DNA of 64,000 bases from Alphaproteobacteria bacterium (GTDB taxonomy: Bacteria > Pseudomonadota > Alphaproteobacteria > Bin95), in NCBI GenBank assembly GCA_964291285.2, contig OZ219788.1, positions 512,001 to 576,000 of the forward strand. The letters are read 5' to 3'. How positions within the stretch are numbered: position 1 is the first letter of the stretch; every line of letters starts with the position of its first letter. Of the stretch, positions 52,563 through 64,000 are shown piece after piece. The translations under genes were made by a program, and so were the position numbers. The notes under the pieces were generated by a model, which searched no databases, was not told the DNA's origin, and worked only from the letters and a program-made list of their open reading frames with translations.

Positions 52563-54620
52563 TCAGTCCTCCCTGGTGAGGATCAGGTTGCTGCACAGAT
52601 CGACCTCGGCCGAGAACCCCGGAGGAACGACGGTGGTGCAGTCGTCCTGCGAGACGATTGCGGGGCCGGCGAAATGCCGGCCGGGCGGCAGGTCCGCCCG
52701 GTCGTAGAGCGCCGCCATGCGTTCGGCGCCGTCCAGAAAGACCGCCGCATGGCCCTTCGGCGCCGCCGGCCCCGGCGCGGCGGCGGCCCCGGCCAGGGCC
52801 GGCTTCGGCACGGAGCCGCTGACCGTCAGCCGGAGATTGACCGCCTGCACCGGCGCTTGCCTGTCGGCATGGTCGTAAACGCGGGCATGTTCGCCGTGGA
52901 AGGCCTCGGCCAGCGCCGCGACCCGGCCGGCGGCGATATCGGCGCGGCCCACCGGGGTTTCGATTTCGTAGGACTGGCCGAGATAGCGCATGTCGGCGGA
53001 CCAGATGAGCCGCGCCTCGCCCCGGAAGCCCTGCTCCTCGCGCAGCCAGGCGAGCGCCTCAGCCTCCAGGTCTCCCGCGAGGCCCTCCAGCACCGCCAGG
53101 CCGTCGGCGTCCAGATCGACGAAGGCCGTGCGGATGAAGTCGTTGCGGATGTCGGCGATCAGGCCGCCATAGGCGGACAGCACGCCGGGCGCGGGCGGCA
53201 CGATCACCCGCGCCATGCCGAGCTCGCGCGCGAACAGGGCGCCCAGCATCGGCCCGGCGCCGCCGAAGGCCAGCAGCGAGAATGTGCGTGGGTCCGCGCC
53301 CCGGCGCGACATCAGCTTCGAGACCTCCAGATACATGCCGGAGACCGCAACGCTCACGATGCTCTCGGCCGCCTCCGAGAGCCCGAGCGACAGGCGCTTC
53401 GCAACCCCGCCGACCGCGCGCTCGGCCGCCGCCCGGTCCAGCCTGACGGCGCCGTATCCGAGCGCACCCGCGCCGAGCAGGCCCATCGCAAGGAAGGCAT
53501 CGGTGACGGTCGGGCGTTCGCCGCCCGCGCCGTAGCAGGCGGGGCCCGGCCGGGAGCCCGCGCTTTCCGGGCCGACCTTCAGCACGCCGAAATCGTCCAC
53601 CCGGGCGATGGAGCCGCCGCCCGCGCCGATGGAGGTGACGGAGACCGTCGGCACATAGATCGGGAACTCGCCCACCAGCTCGCCCGTGCCGAAGGCCGGC
53701 TCGCCGCCCTGGACGACCGCGACATCTGCCGAGGTGCCCCCGACATCGAAGCTCAGCACATCCTGAGCCCCGATGCGCGCCGCCGCGTCGGCCGCGCCGA
53801 TGGCCCCGGACGCCGTGCCCGAGAGCAGCATGGCGATGGGGCGGGTCTTGCCGAGTTCGGCCGCCATGATGCCGCCGTTCGACTTGGTAATCATCGGCTC
53901 GGCCGGCACGCCGGCATCGCGGAGCGCCGCCTGCAGCGAGCCGATATAGGCGGCCACCCGGCGCTGCACATAGCCGGCGACGGTGGCCGTCACCGTGCGC
54001 TCATATTCCCGGATGACCGGCCAGACATCGGAGGAGAGCGTCACCGCCATGCCGGGCTCCGCCGCCAGGATCGCGTCCCGGACCGCGCGTTCGTTCGCCG
54101 GGTTGGCATAGGCATGCAGGAGGGCGACGACGATCGTGTCCGCGCCGGCCGCCTTCGCCTTCGCCACCGCGTTCAGGACATCGGCGGGATCGACCGGCGT
54201 TTCGACCGAGCCGTCCTTCAGCACCCGCTCCGCGATGCCGTAAACCCGCTCGCGGGGGACCAGCGGCGGCGGGCGGCGCGAGAAGATGTCGTAAGGGTCG
54301 GGCGTCTTCAGCCGCGCGACCTCCAGCACGTCCTCGAACTCCCGCGTCGTGAACAGCGCCAGCTCTGCGCCCCGGCGCTGGATCACAGTGTTGACCCCCA
54401 CCGTGGTGCCGTGGGTGAAGAACCGGATGCCGGAGGCCGGCTGCCCGTGGCGCCGGTCCAGCTCGGCGATGCCCTGCATGACCTCCGCACCCGGAGTCTC
54501 GGGCGTCGAGAGGATCTTCAGGGTCCTGAGCGCGCCCGTCGCCTCGTCGAAGGCGCAGAAATCGGTGAACGTGCCGCCGATATCGACAGCGACCCGGCAT
54601 CCCTTTGTAAGTTCCGACAC
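52563..54620 (-). CDS. Hydantoinase A/oxoprolinase family
   Basis: VDIGGTFTD, HGTT, DVGGTSAD, GAGGGS, GPACYG; start codon approximate. Confidence 0.92.
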   Translation of the reverse strand: MSELTKGCRVAVDIGGTFTDFCAFDEATGALRTLKILSTPETPGAEVMQGIAELDRRHGQPASGIRFFTHGTTVGVNTVIQRRGAELALFTTREFEDVLEVARLKTPDPYDIFSRRPPPLVPRERVYGIAERVLKDGSVETPVDPADVLNAVAKAKAAGADTIVVALLHAYANPANERAVRDAILAAEPGMAVTLSSDVWPVIREYERTVTATVAGYVQRRVAAYIGSLQAALRDAGVPAEPMITKSNGGIMAAELGKTRPIAMLLSGTASGAIGAADAAARIGAQDVLSFDVGGTSADVAVVQGGEPAFGTGELVGEFPIYVPTVSVTSIGAGGGSIARVDDFGVLKVGPESAGSRPGPACYGAGGERPTVTDAFLAMGLLGAGALGYGAVRLDRAAAERAVGGVAKRLSLGLSEAAESIVSVAVSGMYLEVSKLMSRRGADPRTFSLLAFGGAGPMLGALFARELGMARVIVPPAPGVLSAYGGLIADIRNDFIRTAFVDLDADGLAVLEGLAGDLEAEALAWLREEQGFRGEARLIWSADMRYLGQSYEIETPVGRADIAAGRVAALAEAFHGEHARVYDHADRQAPVQAVNLRLTVSGSVPKPALAGAAAAPGPAAPKGHAAVFLDGAERMAALYDRADLPPGRHFAGPAIVSQDDCTTVVPPGFSAEVDLCSNLILTRED

Positions 54621-54800
54621 GGTGCCCCAATTCCATTCAGGATCGCGGCCGCCGGTCGCGAAGGCCGCAGTTCCGCCCAGCATTTCCCGGGCCGCGCCGC
54701 AAGTCCAGCCTCGTCATCGCGCGGCGGGGAATGTCGGCGCGCGCCGCCCGGATATGCGATACAGGCGCGGGAAACGGGACGGACGGAAAGGGCCGCGGCC

Positions 54801-55688
54801 ATGCTCGCAGGACTCAACACGGCGCTGGTGACGCCGTTCGATGCGGAGTTCGCGTTCGACGAGGCTGCCATGCGCAGAAGCGTCCGCCACCAGATCGAGG
54901 CCGGCGCGGCCGGGCTTTGCGCGCTCGGCGGCACGGGGGAGCCGCTGTCGCTCACCCTTGCCGAGCATTTCAGGGTCGTCGATACGGTCGTCGAGGAGGC
55001 GGGCGGGCGCGTGCCCGTCACGGTCGGCTGCCTGCTCGGCGCGCAGGCCGACATCCTTGCGGTCGCGCGGCATGCGGAACGGGCCGGCGCCGATTTCATC
55101 ATGCTCGTCCCGCCCTTTTTCTTCTCCGCCCGGCCCTTCGACATCGAGCGCCATTTTGCCGCCGTCGCGGAGGCCTGCGGGCTGCCGATCGTGCTCTTCC
55201 ATACGCCCGGGCGGAGCGGCGTCCGCCTGAATGCGGACGAACTGCTCGCCCTCATCCACGCGGTTCCCTCCATCCGGGGCATCAAGGAGGCATCCGGCGA
55301 CATGCTGCTCGCGGGCGAGGTGATGAACGGCGCGCCGCAGGGGTTCGCGTTCATGCAGGGGCTGGACGAGCTGTTGCTGCCGTCGCTCGCGATGGGCGCG
55401 GCGGGCGGCATCGTCTCGCTCGGCGAACTGCTTCCCCGGAGCCTGCGGGCGCTGTTTGAGCATGCCGGGGCGGGCGCGCTTGAGCCGGCACAGGGAATAC
55501 AACTGGGCCTCCTGCCGCTCTGCCGCTGGATCTATTGCGAGCCCAATCCCGGCCCGCTCAAGCATGCGCTCGACCTCGCCGGCCGCCCGGCGGGCCCCTG
55601 CCGCCCGCCCATCTACGGCCCCCGCGACGCCACGGTGCAGGCGCTCCGGAAACTGCTGCCGCCCCTGCTCCGCGCGGAGGAGGGCTGA
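54801..55688 (+). CDS. DHDPS/NAL-family Schiff-base lyase, non-canonical active site
   Basis: ALVTPF, GTGE, GIKEASG; triad residues replaced. Confidence 0.88.
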   Translation: MLAGLNTALVTPFDAEFAFDEAAMRRSVRHQIEAGAAGLCALGGTGEPLSLTLAEHFRVVDTVVEEAGGRVPVTVGCLLGAQADILAVARHAERAGADFIMLVPPFFFSARPFDIERHFAAVAEACGLPIVLFHTPGRSGVRLNADELLALIHAVPSIRGIKEASGDMLLAGEVMNGAPQGFAFMQGLDELLLPSLAMGAAGGIVSLGELLPRSLRALFEHAGAGALEPAQGIQLGLLPLCRWIYCEPNPGPLKHALDLAGRPAGPCRPPIYGPRDATVQALRKLLPPLLRAEEG

Positions 55689-55699
55689 CCCGCGCGGGA

Positions 55700-55726
55700 T
55701 GTCATGGAATGTCATGTTTTGTCATG
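55700..55726 (+). repeat. 10-bp-phased TGTCATG array, copy B
   Basis: Identical to 21089-21115. Confidence 0.9.
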
Positions 55727-55808
55727 TTCCGGGTTCGTACACTGACGGCTTCCGCCGGTTCGAGGGGTTGTTTCACGGGCCGGGGCGGCGGTGGGGGGCG
55801 GGACCCTA

Positions 55809-57824
55809 ACCCGACTTCCGCAACTCGGCTTGAGAATCGACTGATTTGACGGTTTTCCGGCGCGAGAAGTGTCGGATTTCGGTGCAGTACCTCTCGGGAC
55901 CGGCTTGTAGTGCCGACCTACCCCCTTGATCGGGCTGGCGAAGATCCGGACGCTGCGCTGATGTTCGTGCGCTGCAAGAGACGCTTCAAGGACGGCAAGG
56001 AGCACCGCTACTGGAGCGTTGTGGAGAACGTCCGGGTCCACGGCGGTCGGGTTGTTCAGCGTCAGGTGCTCTATCTCGGGGAGATCAACGACAGCCAGCG
56101 AGCGGCGTGGTGCCGCTCGATCGAGGTGGTGGAGGGCAAGTCGCGATCACGGCAGATGGCGCTGTTTCCCGAGGACCGGGAGGCGCCGGCGCTGACTTGC
56201 GAAGTGGTGAAGATCGACCTCTCGCAGGTGGCGCTTCACGACCCGCGCCAGTGGGGGGCGTGCTGGCTGGCGCTGTCCTTGTGGGACCGCCTGGACCTGG
56301 ACCGCTTCTGGGAAGAGCGGCTGCCGGCGAGCCGGCAAGGCACGCGGTGGCTGGACATCCTGAAGATCCAGGTCTGCTACCGGCTGATCGACCCGGGCAG
56401 CGAGTGGCGCCTTCACCGTCACTGGTATGAGCACAGCGCGCTTCGCGATCTTCTGGGTGGCGAGCGGGCGATCGCCGACGACACACTCTATCGCTGTCTC
56501 GACAAGCTGCTGGCGCACAAGCAGGGCTTCTTCTCGTTTCTGCGCGACCGCTGGGCGACGCTGTTCGAGGCGCGCTTCGACGTGCTGCTCTACGACCTGA
56601 CCTCGACCTACTTCGAGAGCGATCCGCCGTTCGATGACAAGCGCCGCTTCGGCTACAGCCGGGACAAGCGGCCCGACTGCGTGCAGGTGGTGATCGCCCT
56701 GATCGTTACGCCGCAGGGCTTTCCGCTGGCCTATGAGGTGATGCCGGGCAACACCTCCGACGACACCACGCTGGCGGCGTTCCTCAAGAAGATCGAGGAT
56801 CAGTATGGCCGCTCCGAGCGGGTGTGGATCATGGACCGCGGCATCCCCACCGAGGAGACGCTGGCCGCGATGCGCGAGGGCGAGGCGCCGGTGCGCTACC
56901 TGGTGGGCACGCCCAAGGGCCGGCTGACGCGGCTCGAGAAGGTGTTCCTGGGCCTGCCCTGGCAGGAGGTGCGCCAGTCCGTGACTGTCAAGCTTCTGGT
57001 CGAGGATGGCGAGCTCTACGTCCTGGTGCGCAGCGAGGGGCGGCAGGTGAAGGAACGCGGCATGCGCCGGCGCCGGCTGAAGAGGCTGTGGCGTCGATTG
57101 GCCGAGTTGCAAGGGCAGTCGAACAGCCGGGATCAGTTGTTGCTCAAGCTCGGCGCCGCCAGGAAGGAGGCCGGCCGGGCCTGGAGCCTGGTCGACATCA
57201 CCGTGCCCGGGACCGACAGCGAACTCGCCGCCAACGGCTTCTCATTCCGCCTGCAGCGCGACCGGCTGCGCCAGGTCCGCCGCCGCGAGGGCCGTTACCT
57301 GCTGCGATCCAACATGGTCGCCGAAGACCCCGCCACGCTGTGGCATCTGTACATGCAGCTCGTCGAGATCGAGCAGGCGTTCAAGGAACTCAAGCACGAC
57401 CTCGCGATCCGCCCCATCTTCCATCAGCGCCAAGAGCGCATCGAGGCGCATATCTTCGTCTCGTTCATCGCCTACTGCCTGCTGGTGACCCTGAAGAACC
57501 TCGCCCGGCCGCGCGCCCCGGGCCTCACCCCACGCGCCATCCTTGAGGCCTTCGCCACCATCCAGATGGTGGACGTCCATCTGCCAACCACCGACGGCCG
57601 GCACCTCGTCCTGCCGCGCCACACCCGGCCGAACAAGGAGCACGAGCTACTGCTGCAACAGCTCGGCATGACCTGGCCGCAGCAACCCGCACCCCGGATC
57701 TCCGCCTGACGGCACACGGCGCCGCCTCTCCGTTCGCCGCCTTGTAGTGCCGACCCTCGGGGAGACGATCAAGGCTATTCAATGAGTTAGCATCCTCATG
57801 ACCCCCGAGTTGCGGAAGTCGGGT
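55809..57824 (+). mobile_element. IS1634-family insertion sequence (copy b)
   Basis: Perfect 20-bp IRs ACCCGACTTCCGCAACTCGG / CCGAGTTGCGGAAGTCGGGT, flanked by TA on both sides. Confidence 0.9.
55961..57709 (+). CDS. IS1634-family DDE transposase
   Basis: YWSVVEN, LYDLTSTYFE, GYSRDKRPD, MDRGIP, IEQAFK, RIEAHI. Confidence 0.92.
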   Translation: MFVRCKRRFKDGKEHRYWSVVENVRVHGGRVVQRQVLYLGEINDSQRAAWCRSIEVVEGKSRSRQMALFPEDREAPALTCEVVKIDLSQVALHDPRQWGACWLALSLWDRLDLDRFWEERLPASRQGTRWLDILKIQVCYRLIDPGSEWRLHRHWYEHSALRDLLGGERAIADDTLYRCLDKLLAHKQGFFSFLRDRWATLFEARFDVLLYDLTSTYFESDPPFDDKRRFGYSRDKRPDCVQVVIALIVTPQGFPLAYEVMPGNTSDDTTLAAFLKKIEDQYGRSERVWIMDRGIPTEETLAAMREGEAPVRYLVGTPKGRLTRLEKVFLGLPWQEVRQSVTVKLLVEDGELYVLVRSEGRQVKERGMRRRRLKRLWRRLAELQGQSNSRDQLLLKLGAARKEAGRAWSLVDITVPGTDSELAANGFSFRLQRDRLRQVRRREGRYLLRSNMVAEDPATLWHLYMQLVEIEQAFKELKHDLAIRPIFHQRQERIEAHIFVSFIAYCLLVTLKNLARPRAPGLTPRAILEAFATIQMVDVHLPTTDGRHLVLPRHTRPNKEHELLLQQLGMTWPQQPAPRISA

Positions 57825-58004
57825 TAGGGTTCCGCCCCCGGGCAAACCGGCAGCGGGGAGAACGGAACGGACAGGGCTTAAAAGGAGAGACTCATGCCGA
57901 AGACGCGAAGCCGGGCAAACCGGAGGACATACCCAGGGGAGCTGCCCGGGGCGAGGGCCTTATGCCGGGATCGAACGCAGACTATGACCCCGGCGCATGG
58001 CGAA

Positions 58005-58062
58005 CATGACATTCCATGACATCGCACGGCCTCCTCATGACAAAACATGACATTCCATCACG
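58005..58062 (-). repeat. TGTCATG arrays C (2 units) and D (3 units), inverted relative to copy B
   Basis: CATGACA at 58005, 58015, 58036, 58046 and CATCACG at 58056. Confidence 0.88.
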
Positions 58063-58148
58063 TCCGGCGGCCTCCCCGCACCGCCTTCGTCGAAACCTGC
58101 CGCGAGGGCATGCGCGCCGGCCGGCGAACGGTGGTATGACGCCCGGCG

Positions 58149-58859
58149 ATGATCGATTGGACCGACCGCGCCGTCATGTTGTCCGCCCGTCCCTTCGGGG
58201 AGGGCAAGGCCGTCGCGCAGGCGCTGACCGAGACGCACGGCCGCCATGCCGGGCTGGTGCAGGGCGCGCGCCGCCACGCCGAGGCGCTCCAGCCCGGCAC
58301 GCTCGCGACGGTGCGCTGGCGGGCGCGGCTCTCCGACCAGCTGGGCAGCTTCTCATGCGAGGTCGAGACGGCCCACGCCGCGCTCTGGCTGGACGACCCG
58401 GCGCGGCTGGCGGCGCTCCAGAGCGCCTGCGCGGTGGCGGAAATGGGCCTGCCGGAGCGCGAGCCGCACCCGGCGGCGTTCTCGGGGCTCGCCGCCTTCC
58501 TGGAAACGCTGGCGGGCGGCGCCTGGCCCGCGGCCTATGTCGGCTACGAGGTGGCGCTGCTGGCGGAGCTCGGCTTCGGCCTCGACCTGGAGCGCTGCGC
58601 GGTCACGGGCTGCCGCACGGGGCTTGCCTGGGTCTCGCCCCGGTCCGGGCGGGCCGTCACGCGCGAGGCCGGCGAGCCGTGGAAGGACCGGCTGCTGGCC
58701 CTGCCGGGCTTCCTCTCCGGCGCGCCCGGCTTCACGCCCGGCGACATTCGCGACGGCCTGGCGCTCACCGGCCATTTCCTCGCCCGCCATATCGCCGGGC
58801 CGGTGGACCGCCCCCTGCCCGCCGCGCGCCTGCGCCTCGCGGATTGTTTCGCGGGCTGA
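58149..58859 (+). CDS. recO: DNA repair protein RecO
   Basis: [33 protein letters not shown]. Confidence 0.93.
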   Translation: MIDWTDRAVMLSARPFGEGKAVAQALTETHGRHAGLVQGARRHAEALQPGTLATVRWRARLSDQLGSFSCEVETAHAALWLDDPARLAALQSACAVAEMGLPEREPHPAAFSGLAAFLETLAGGAWPAAYVGYEVALLAELGFGLDLERCAVTGCRTGLAWVSPRSGRAVTREAGEPWKDRLLALPGFLSGAPGFTPGDIRDGLALTGHFLARHIAGPVDRPLPAARLRLADCFAG

Positions 58860-58908
58860 GGACGCCTATTCTGTGACGGATCCCGATTCGGAGCATTCGC
58901 AGCGCGCC

Positions 58909-61146
<2,238 letters not shown>

Positions 61147-61152
61147 CCGGCC

Positions 61153-62565
61153 TCAGAGCGCCGGGCGCCTGTCTGCCCAGGGGCGCGCGGCCTCGAAGGC
61201 GGCGGCGGCCTGGAGCACGCCCAGATCGTCCAGCCGGCGCCCGACGACCTGGAGGCCGACGGGCAGCCCCGCCTCCGTGAACCCGCAGGGAATCGAGGCC
61301 GCCGGGTTGTGGGAGAGATTGAAGGGGTAGCTGAATTGCGCCCATTGCAGCCAGTTCCACGGATGGTCCGGCCAGTGGGAGGGGGAGAGGCGCCCGGCGG
61401 GGAAGGCGGCGACCGAGACGGACGGCGTGAGCAGGAAGTCGTAATCCTCGAAGAAGCGGTGGATCGCCTCGACATAGGCGAGCTTCCGCGCGCGCATGGC
61501 GAGATAGTCCTCCGCCCGGTAGCCCAGCCCGTCGCGGATGCAGGCGACAAGGCCGGGGTCCATCCGGTCCTCGAACGCCTCCAGCAGGCCGGCATAGCCG
61601 AGCTCGTGGACCGGCCAGAAGAAATGCTCGATCTCCACCCCGTCCGGCCCCCAGGCGGGCGAGACTTCCTCGATCTCGGCCCCGAGTTCCGCGACCGCCG
61701 CGACCGCATCGGCCACCAGCGCCGCCACCTCCCCATCGACCCGCGCATGGCCGAGATGGGGGCTGTAAGCGACGCGCGCGCCCCGGAGCCGCTCCCCCTC
61801 GCCCAGGAGTGCGGGATAGTCCGCCGGCGGCGCTTCGAGGCTGTAATGGTCGCGCGGGTGCGGCCCGGCCATGACCCTGAGCATCAGCGCGGCATCGGCG
61901 ACGGTGCGGGTCATCGGCCCGACATGGCTCACCTGGTCGGTATTGCCGACCGGCAGATGCGCCACCCGCCCGTAGCTCGGCTTGATGCCGAAAATGCCGC
62001 AGAAATGGCTCGGCATACGGATCGAGCCCGCGCCGTCGGAGCCCTGGTGCAGCGGCCCGTAGCCCGCCGCCGCGCCCGCGCCGGCGCCCGCCGAGGAGGC
62101 GCCGGCGTTCATGCCGTGCGCCCAGGGATTGTGCGTGATCCCGGTGAGCGGGCTCTGGCTCACTCCCTTCCAGCCGAACTCCGACGTCGTCGTCTTGCCG
62201 AGGGAGACCGCGCCCGCCGCCGCCAGCCGGTCCACGCAGGGCGCGCTTTCCGCCGGGACGGTCCCCTTCTCCGCGTGCGATCCGCGCTCGGTCGGGATGC
62301 CGGCCGTGTTGGTCAGGTCCTTGATCGTCACCGGCACGCCGTGCAGGGGCCCGAGCGCCGCGCCCGACATGACCTTCGCCTCGGCCTCCTTCGCCGTGTC
62401 GCGCGCGCGCTCGGCGGTGAGCGTGGCGAAGGCGTTGATGCGCGGCTCCAGCCGCTCGATCCGGGCCAGCACCGTATCGACGATCTCGACCGGCGAAATC
62501 TCCTTCGCGGCCACCATCGCCGCCAACCGGGTCGCCGGCGTGAAACACAGGTCTTCTTCGTTCAT
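61153..62565 (-). CDS. Amidase signature family protein
   Basis: GVPVTIKD, GASSAG, GSDGAGSIR. Confidence 0.93.
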   Translation of the reverse strand: MNEEDLCFTPATRLAAMVAAKEISPVEIVDTVLARIERLEPRINAFATLTAERARDTAKEAEAKVMSGAALGPLHGVPVTIKDLTNTAGIPTERGSHAEKGTVPAESAPCVDRLAAAGAVSLGKTTTSEFGWKGVSQSPLTGITHNPWAHGMNAGASSAGAGAGAAAGYGPLHQGSDGAGSIRMPSHFCGIFGIKPSYGRVAHLPVGNTDQVSHVGPMTRTVADAALMLRVMAGPHPRDHYSLEAPPADYPALLGEGERLRGARVAYSPHLGHARVDGEVAALVADAVAAVAELGAEIEEVSPAWGPDGVEIEHFFWPVHELGYAGLLEAFEDRMDPGLVACIRDGLGYRAEDYLAMRARKLAYVEAIHRFFEDYDFLLTPSVSVAAFPAGRLSPSHWPDHPWNWLQWAQFSYPFNLSHNPAASIPCGFTEAGLPVGLQVVGRRLDDLGVLQAAAAFEAARPWADRRPAL

Positions 62566-62687
62566 CGGCCCTCTCCGGCCCCGCGGAATGTCGAGGCCGG
62601 GAGCCTAACCCGGATGTCTCGCCGATGTCATGGGCCCGTGCGGCGCCTGTGCTAGGGTCCGGGCCCGGCGCGTCGGAGGAGAGCGAA

Positions 62688-63488
62688 ATGGTAGAGGTGG
62701 CGACATTCGCACCCGGCGGATACCGCTATATCCGGGGGCGGTTCCAGTATTCGGGCGGCGTCGCGGCGGAGCCCGGCTTCCGGATCGAGCGCGTGCGCTT
62801 CCGCCGCCTCGTGCCGCTGGAGGCGGGCTTCCGGCGGATCGAGGCCTGGCTGGAGGCGGCGGGGCGGCCGATGACGGCCTTCTGCGCCTGCGAGCTGCGT
62901 TCGCCCGGACAGTTCAGCGAAGAGGGGTTCGTTGCCTTCAACCGGGCCTATGTGCGCACACTGGAGCGCTGGGGCATTTTCCGCGACGAGGAGAACCCGG
63001 TCGCGCGCTCCAATGTCTGCCCGGAGGTGAACCCGCCCGGCGAACCGGGCTTCCACGCCTTCTGCTACACCGTCGCGCAGAACGCGACGAACCGTTCGGA
63101 TGGCGGCGTTGGCGCCGCCGTCCCCGACGAGGGGACGGGCGGCACCTTCGTCATCGCCGGCTCCGGCGAGGCGCCGGAAGGGCCGGGGCCCTACCGGGAC
63201 CGGATCATCCGCCTCGGCGACACCTCGCCGGACGCGATGCGGGAGAAGGCGCGCTATGTGCTGGGCGCCATGGAGAGCCGCATGGCCGCGCTCGGCTTCG
63301 GCTGGGCGGACGCGACCGCCGCCCAGGTCTATACGGTCCACGAAATCCACGGCCTTCTCGGGCCCGAGATCGTCGCGCGCGGCGCAGCGCCGGACGGCAT
63401 CCAGTGGACCTTCGCCCGCCCGCCGGTCGAGGGCCTCGCCTTCGAAATGGACGTGCGCGGCCTGTTCTCGGAGCGGGTCGTAGCCTGA
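62688..63488 (+). CDS. CnbZ-like (2-amino-5-chloromuconate deaminase-like) protein
   Basis: GGYRY...QYSGGV, CACELRSP, NPVARSNV, FVIAGSGE, RPPV..L.FEMD. Confidence 0.65.
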   Translation: MVEVATFAPGGYRYIRGRFQYSGGVAAEPGFRIERVRFRRLVPLEAGFRRIEAWLEAAGRPMTAFCACELRSPGQFSEEGFVAFNRAYVRTLERWGIFRDEENPVARSNVCPEVNPPGEPGFHAFCYTVAQNATNRSDGGVGAAVPDEGTGGTFVIAGSGEAPEGPGPYRDRIIRLGDTSPDAMREKARYVLGAMESRMAALGFGWADATAAQVYTVHEIHGLLGPEIVARGAAPDGIQWTFARPPVEGLAFEMDVRGLFSERVVA

Positions 63489-63556
63489 CGCGCGACGGCG
63501 GCACCACGGTACCGCGCTGCCCGAAGCGCCGCGGCCTTCACCGCATCCGGGTCCCG

Positions 63557-64000
63557 TCAATAGACGCCGGGGAAGATGCGGTATTTCACCCTTGCCCGGT
63601 ATTCGGCCCATTTCCGGGGGCCGTATTTCTCCGCGCAGTGGCGCTCGTCCGCGCGCTGGCGCCAGACGAACAGCGAGACGATGAAGACGAAATAGGTCCA
63701 GGCCCAGGGATTGCCCGGATAGCCGAATAGGAGCGCGATCGAGAGCGACAGGAACCCCTCGCCCAGATAGTTGAAATGGCGTGCGGCGCCCCACAGGCCG
63801 CTGCACAGGATCTTGCGCTCGCCCGCCTCGATATAGTCGGGCTCGATGAGCCCGAGAAACTTGCGGTCGGGCCATCGCTTGAATGTGTATTTCTGCAGGT
63901 TCGCGCCGCGCGAAATGCTCCAGCCGAACAGGAACAGCGCCCCCGTTCCGATGAGCCAGGCATTTGTCCATGCCGGCGGGAATCCGGGGTCCGGATGGGC
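63557..64000 (-). CDS. ERG4/ERG24 (sterol reductase) family membrane protein, 5' end outside window
   Basis: Manual translation: RGANLQK, ILCSGLWGAARHFNYLGE, DERHCAEKYG..W..Y..RVKYRIFPGVY*. Confidence 0.88.
   Translation of the reverse strand, partial: AHPDPGFPPAWTNAWLIGTGALFLFGWSISRGANLQKYTFKRWPDRKFLGLIEPDYIEAGERKILCSGLWGAARHFNYLGEGFLSLSIALLFGYPGNPWAWTYFVFIVSLFVWRQRADERHCAEKYGPRKWAEYRARVKYRIFPGVY

Noticed and set aside
50544-54800. 1714-aa plus-strand ORF and similar long ORFs (14722-17673, 23790-26030, 58765-61089)
   Set aside because: Antisense shadows of real genes in high-GC DNA; only the last 295 aa of the 1714-aa ORF (DapA-like) look like a real protein
57884-57930. GGAGAGAC...GCCGAAG resembling a glycine riboswitch
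   Set aside because: The conserved CTCTCAGG segment is missing and the downstream gene (recO) is unrelated

Overview
Very GC-rich chromosomal DNA. Gene content (irr, bfd/bfr, glcDEF, recO-parC, alphaproteobacterial REP-like palindrome) points to an alphaproteobacterium, probably Rhodospirillales-like. A secreted ankyrin protein, a sterol-reductase-family gene and heavy IS load suggest a host-associated, possibly sponge, symbiont (inference only). Positions 1-14.3 kb are a mobile-element pile-up: a complete IS1634, two translationally coupled tyrosine integrases, a 5'-truncated DDE transposase, and a nested IS630<IS1380<IS21a<IS21b stack whose outer elements all lack their right halves. IS21b carries a Cys-rich ORF and a DUF3991/TOPRIM-like passenger. 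Positions 14.3-23.6 kb are an iron/peroxide-stress region: a broken Fe-S oxidoreductase, katG, irr, bfd, bfr, and ICE- and Fur-like boxes, with an orphan terminase-small-subunit-like gene in the middle. Positions 23.6-64 kb are mostly catabolic and housekeeping genes, two toxin-antitoxin pairs and a second IS1634. The strongest leads are (i) dispersed 10-bp-phased TGTCATG arrays linked to the orphan TerS-like gene and to a small inverted-repeat element, (ii) the cargo-carrying IS21, (iii) the two-integrase module, (iv) a TGTAGTGCC direct-repeat box shared by two divergent IS1634 elements, and (v) an ERG4/ERG24-type sterol reductase at the right edge that the ORF track missed. All family calls come from recognising motifs by eye; no database search was run.
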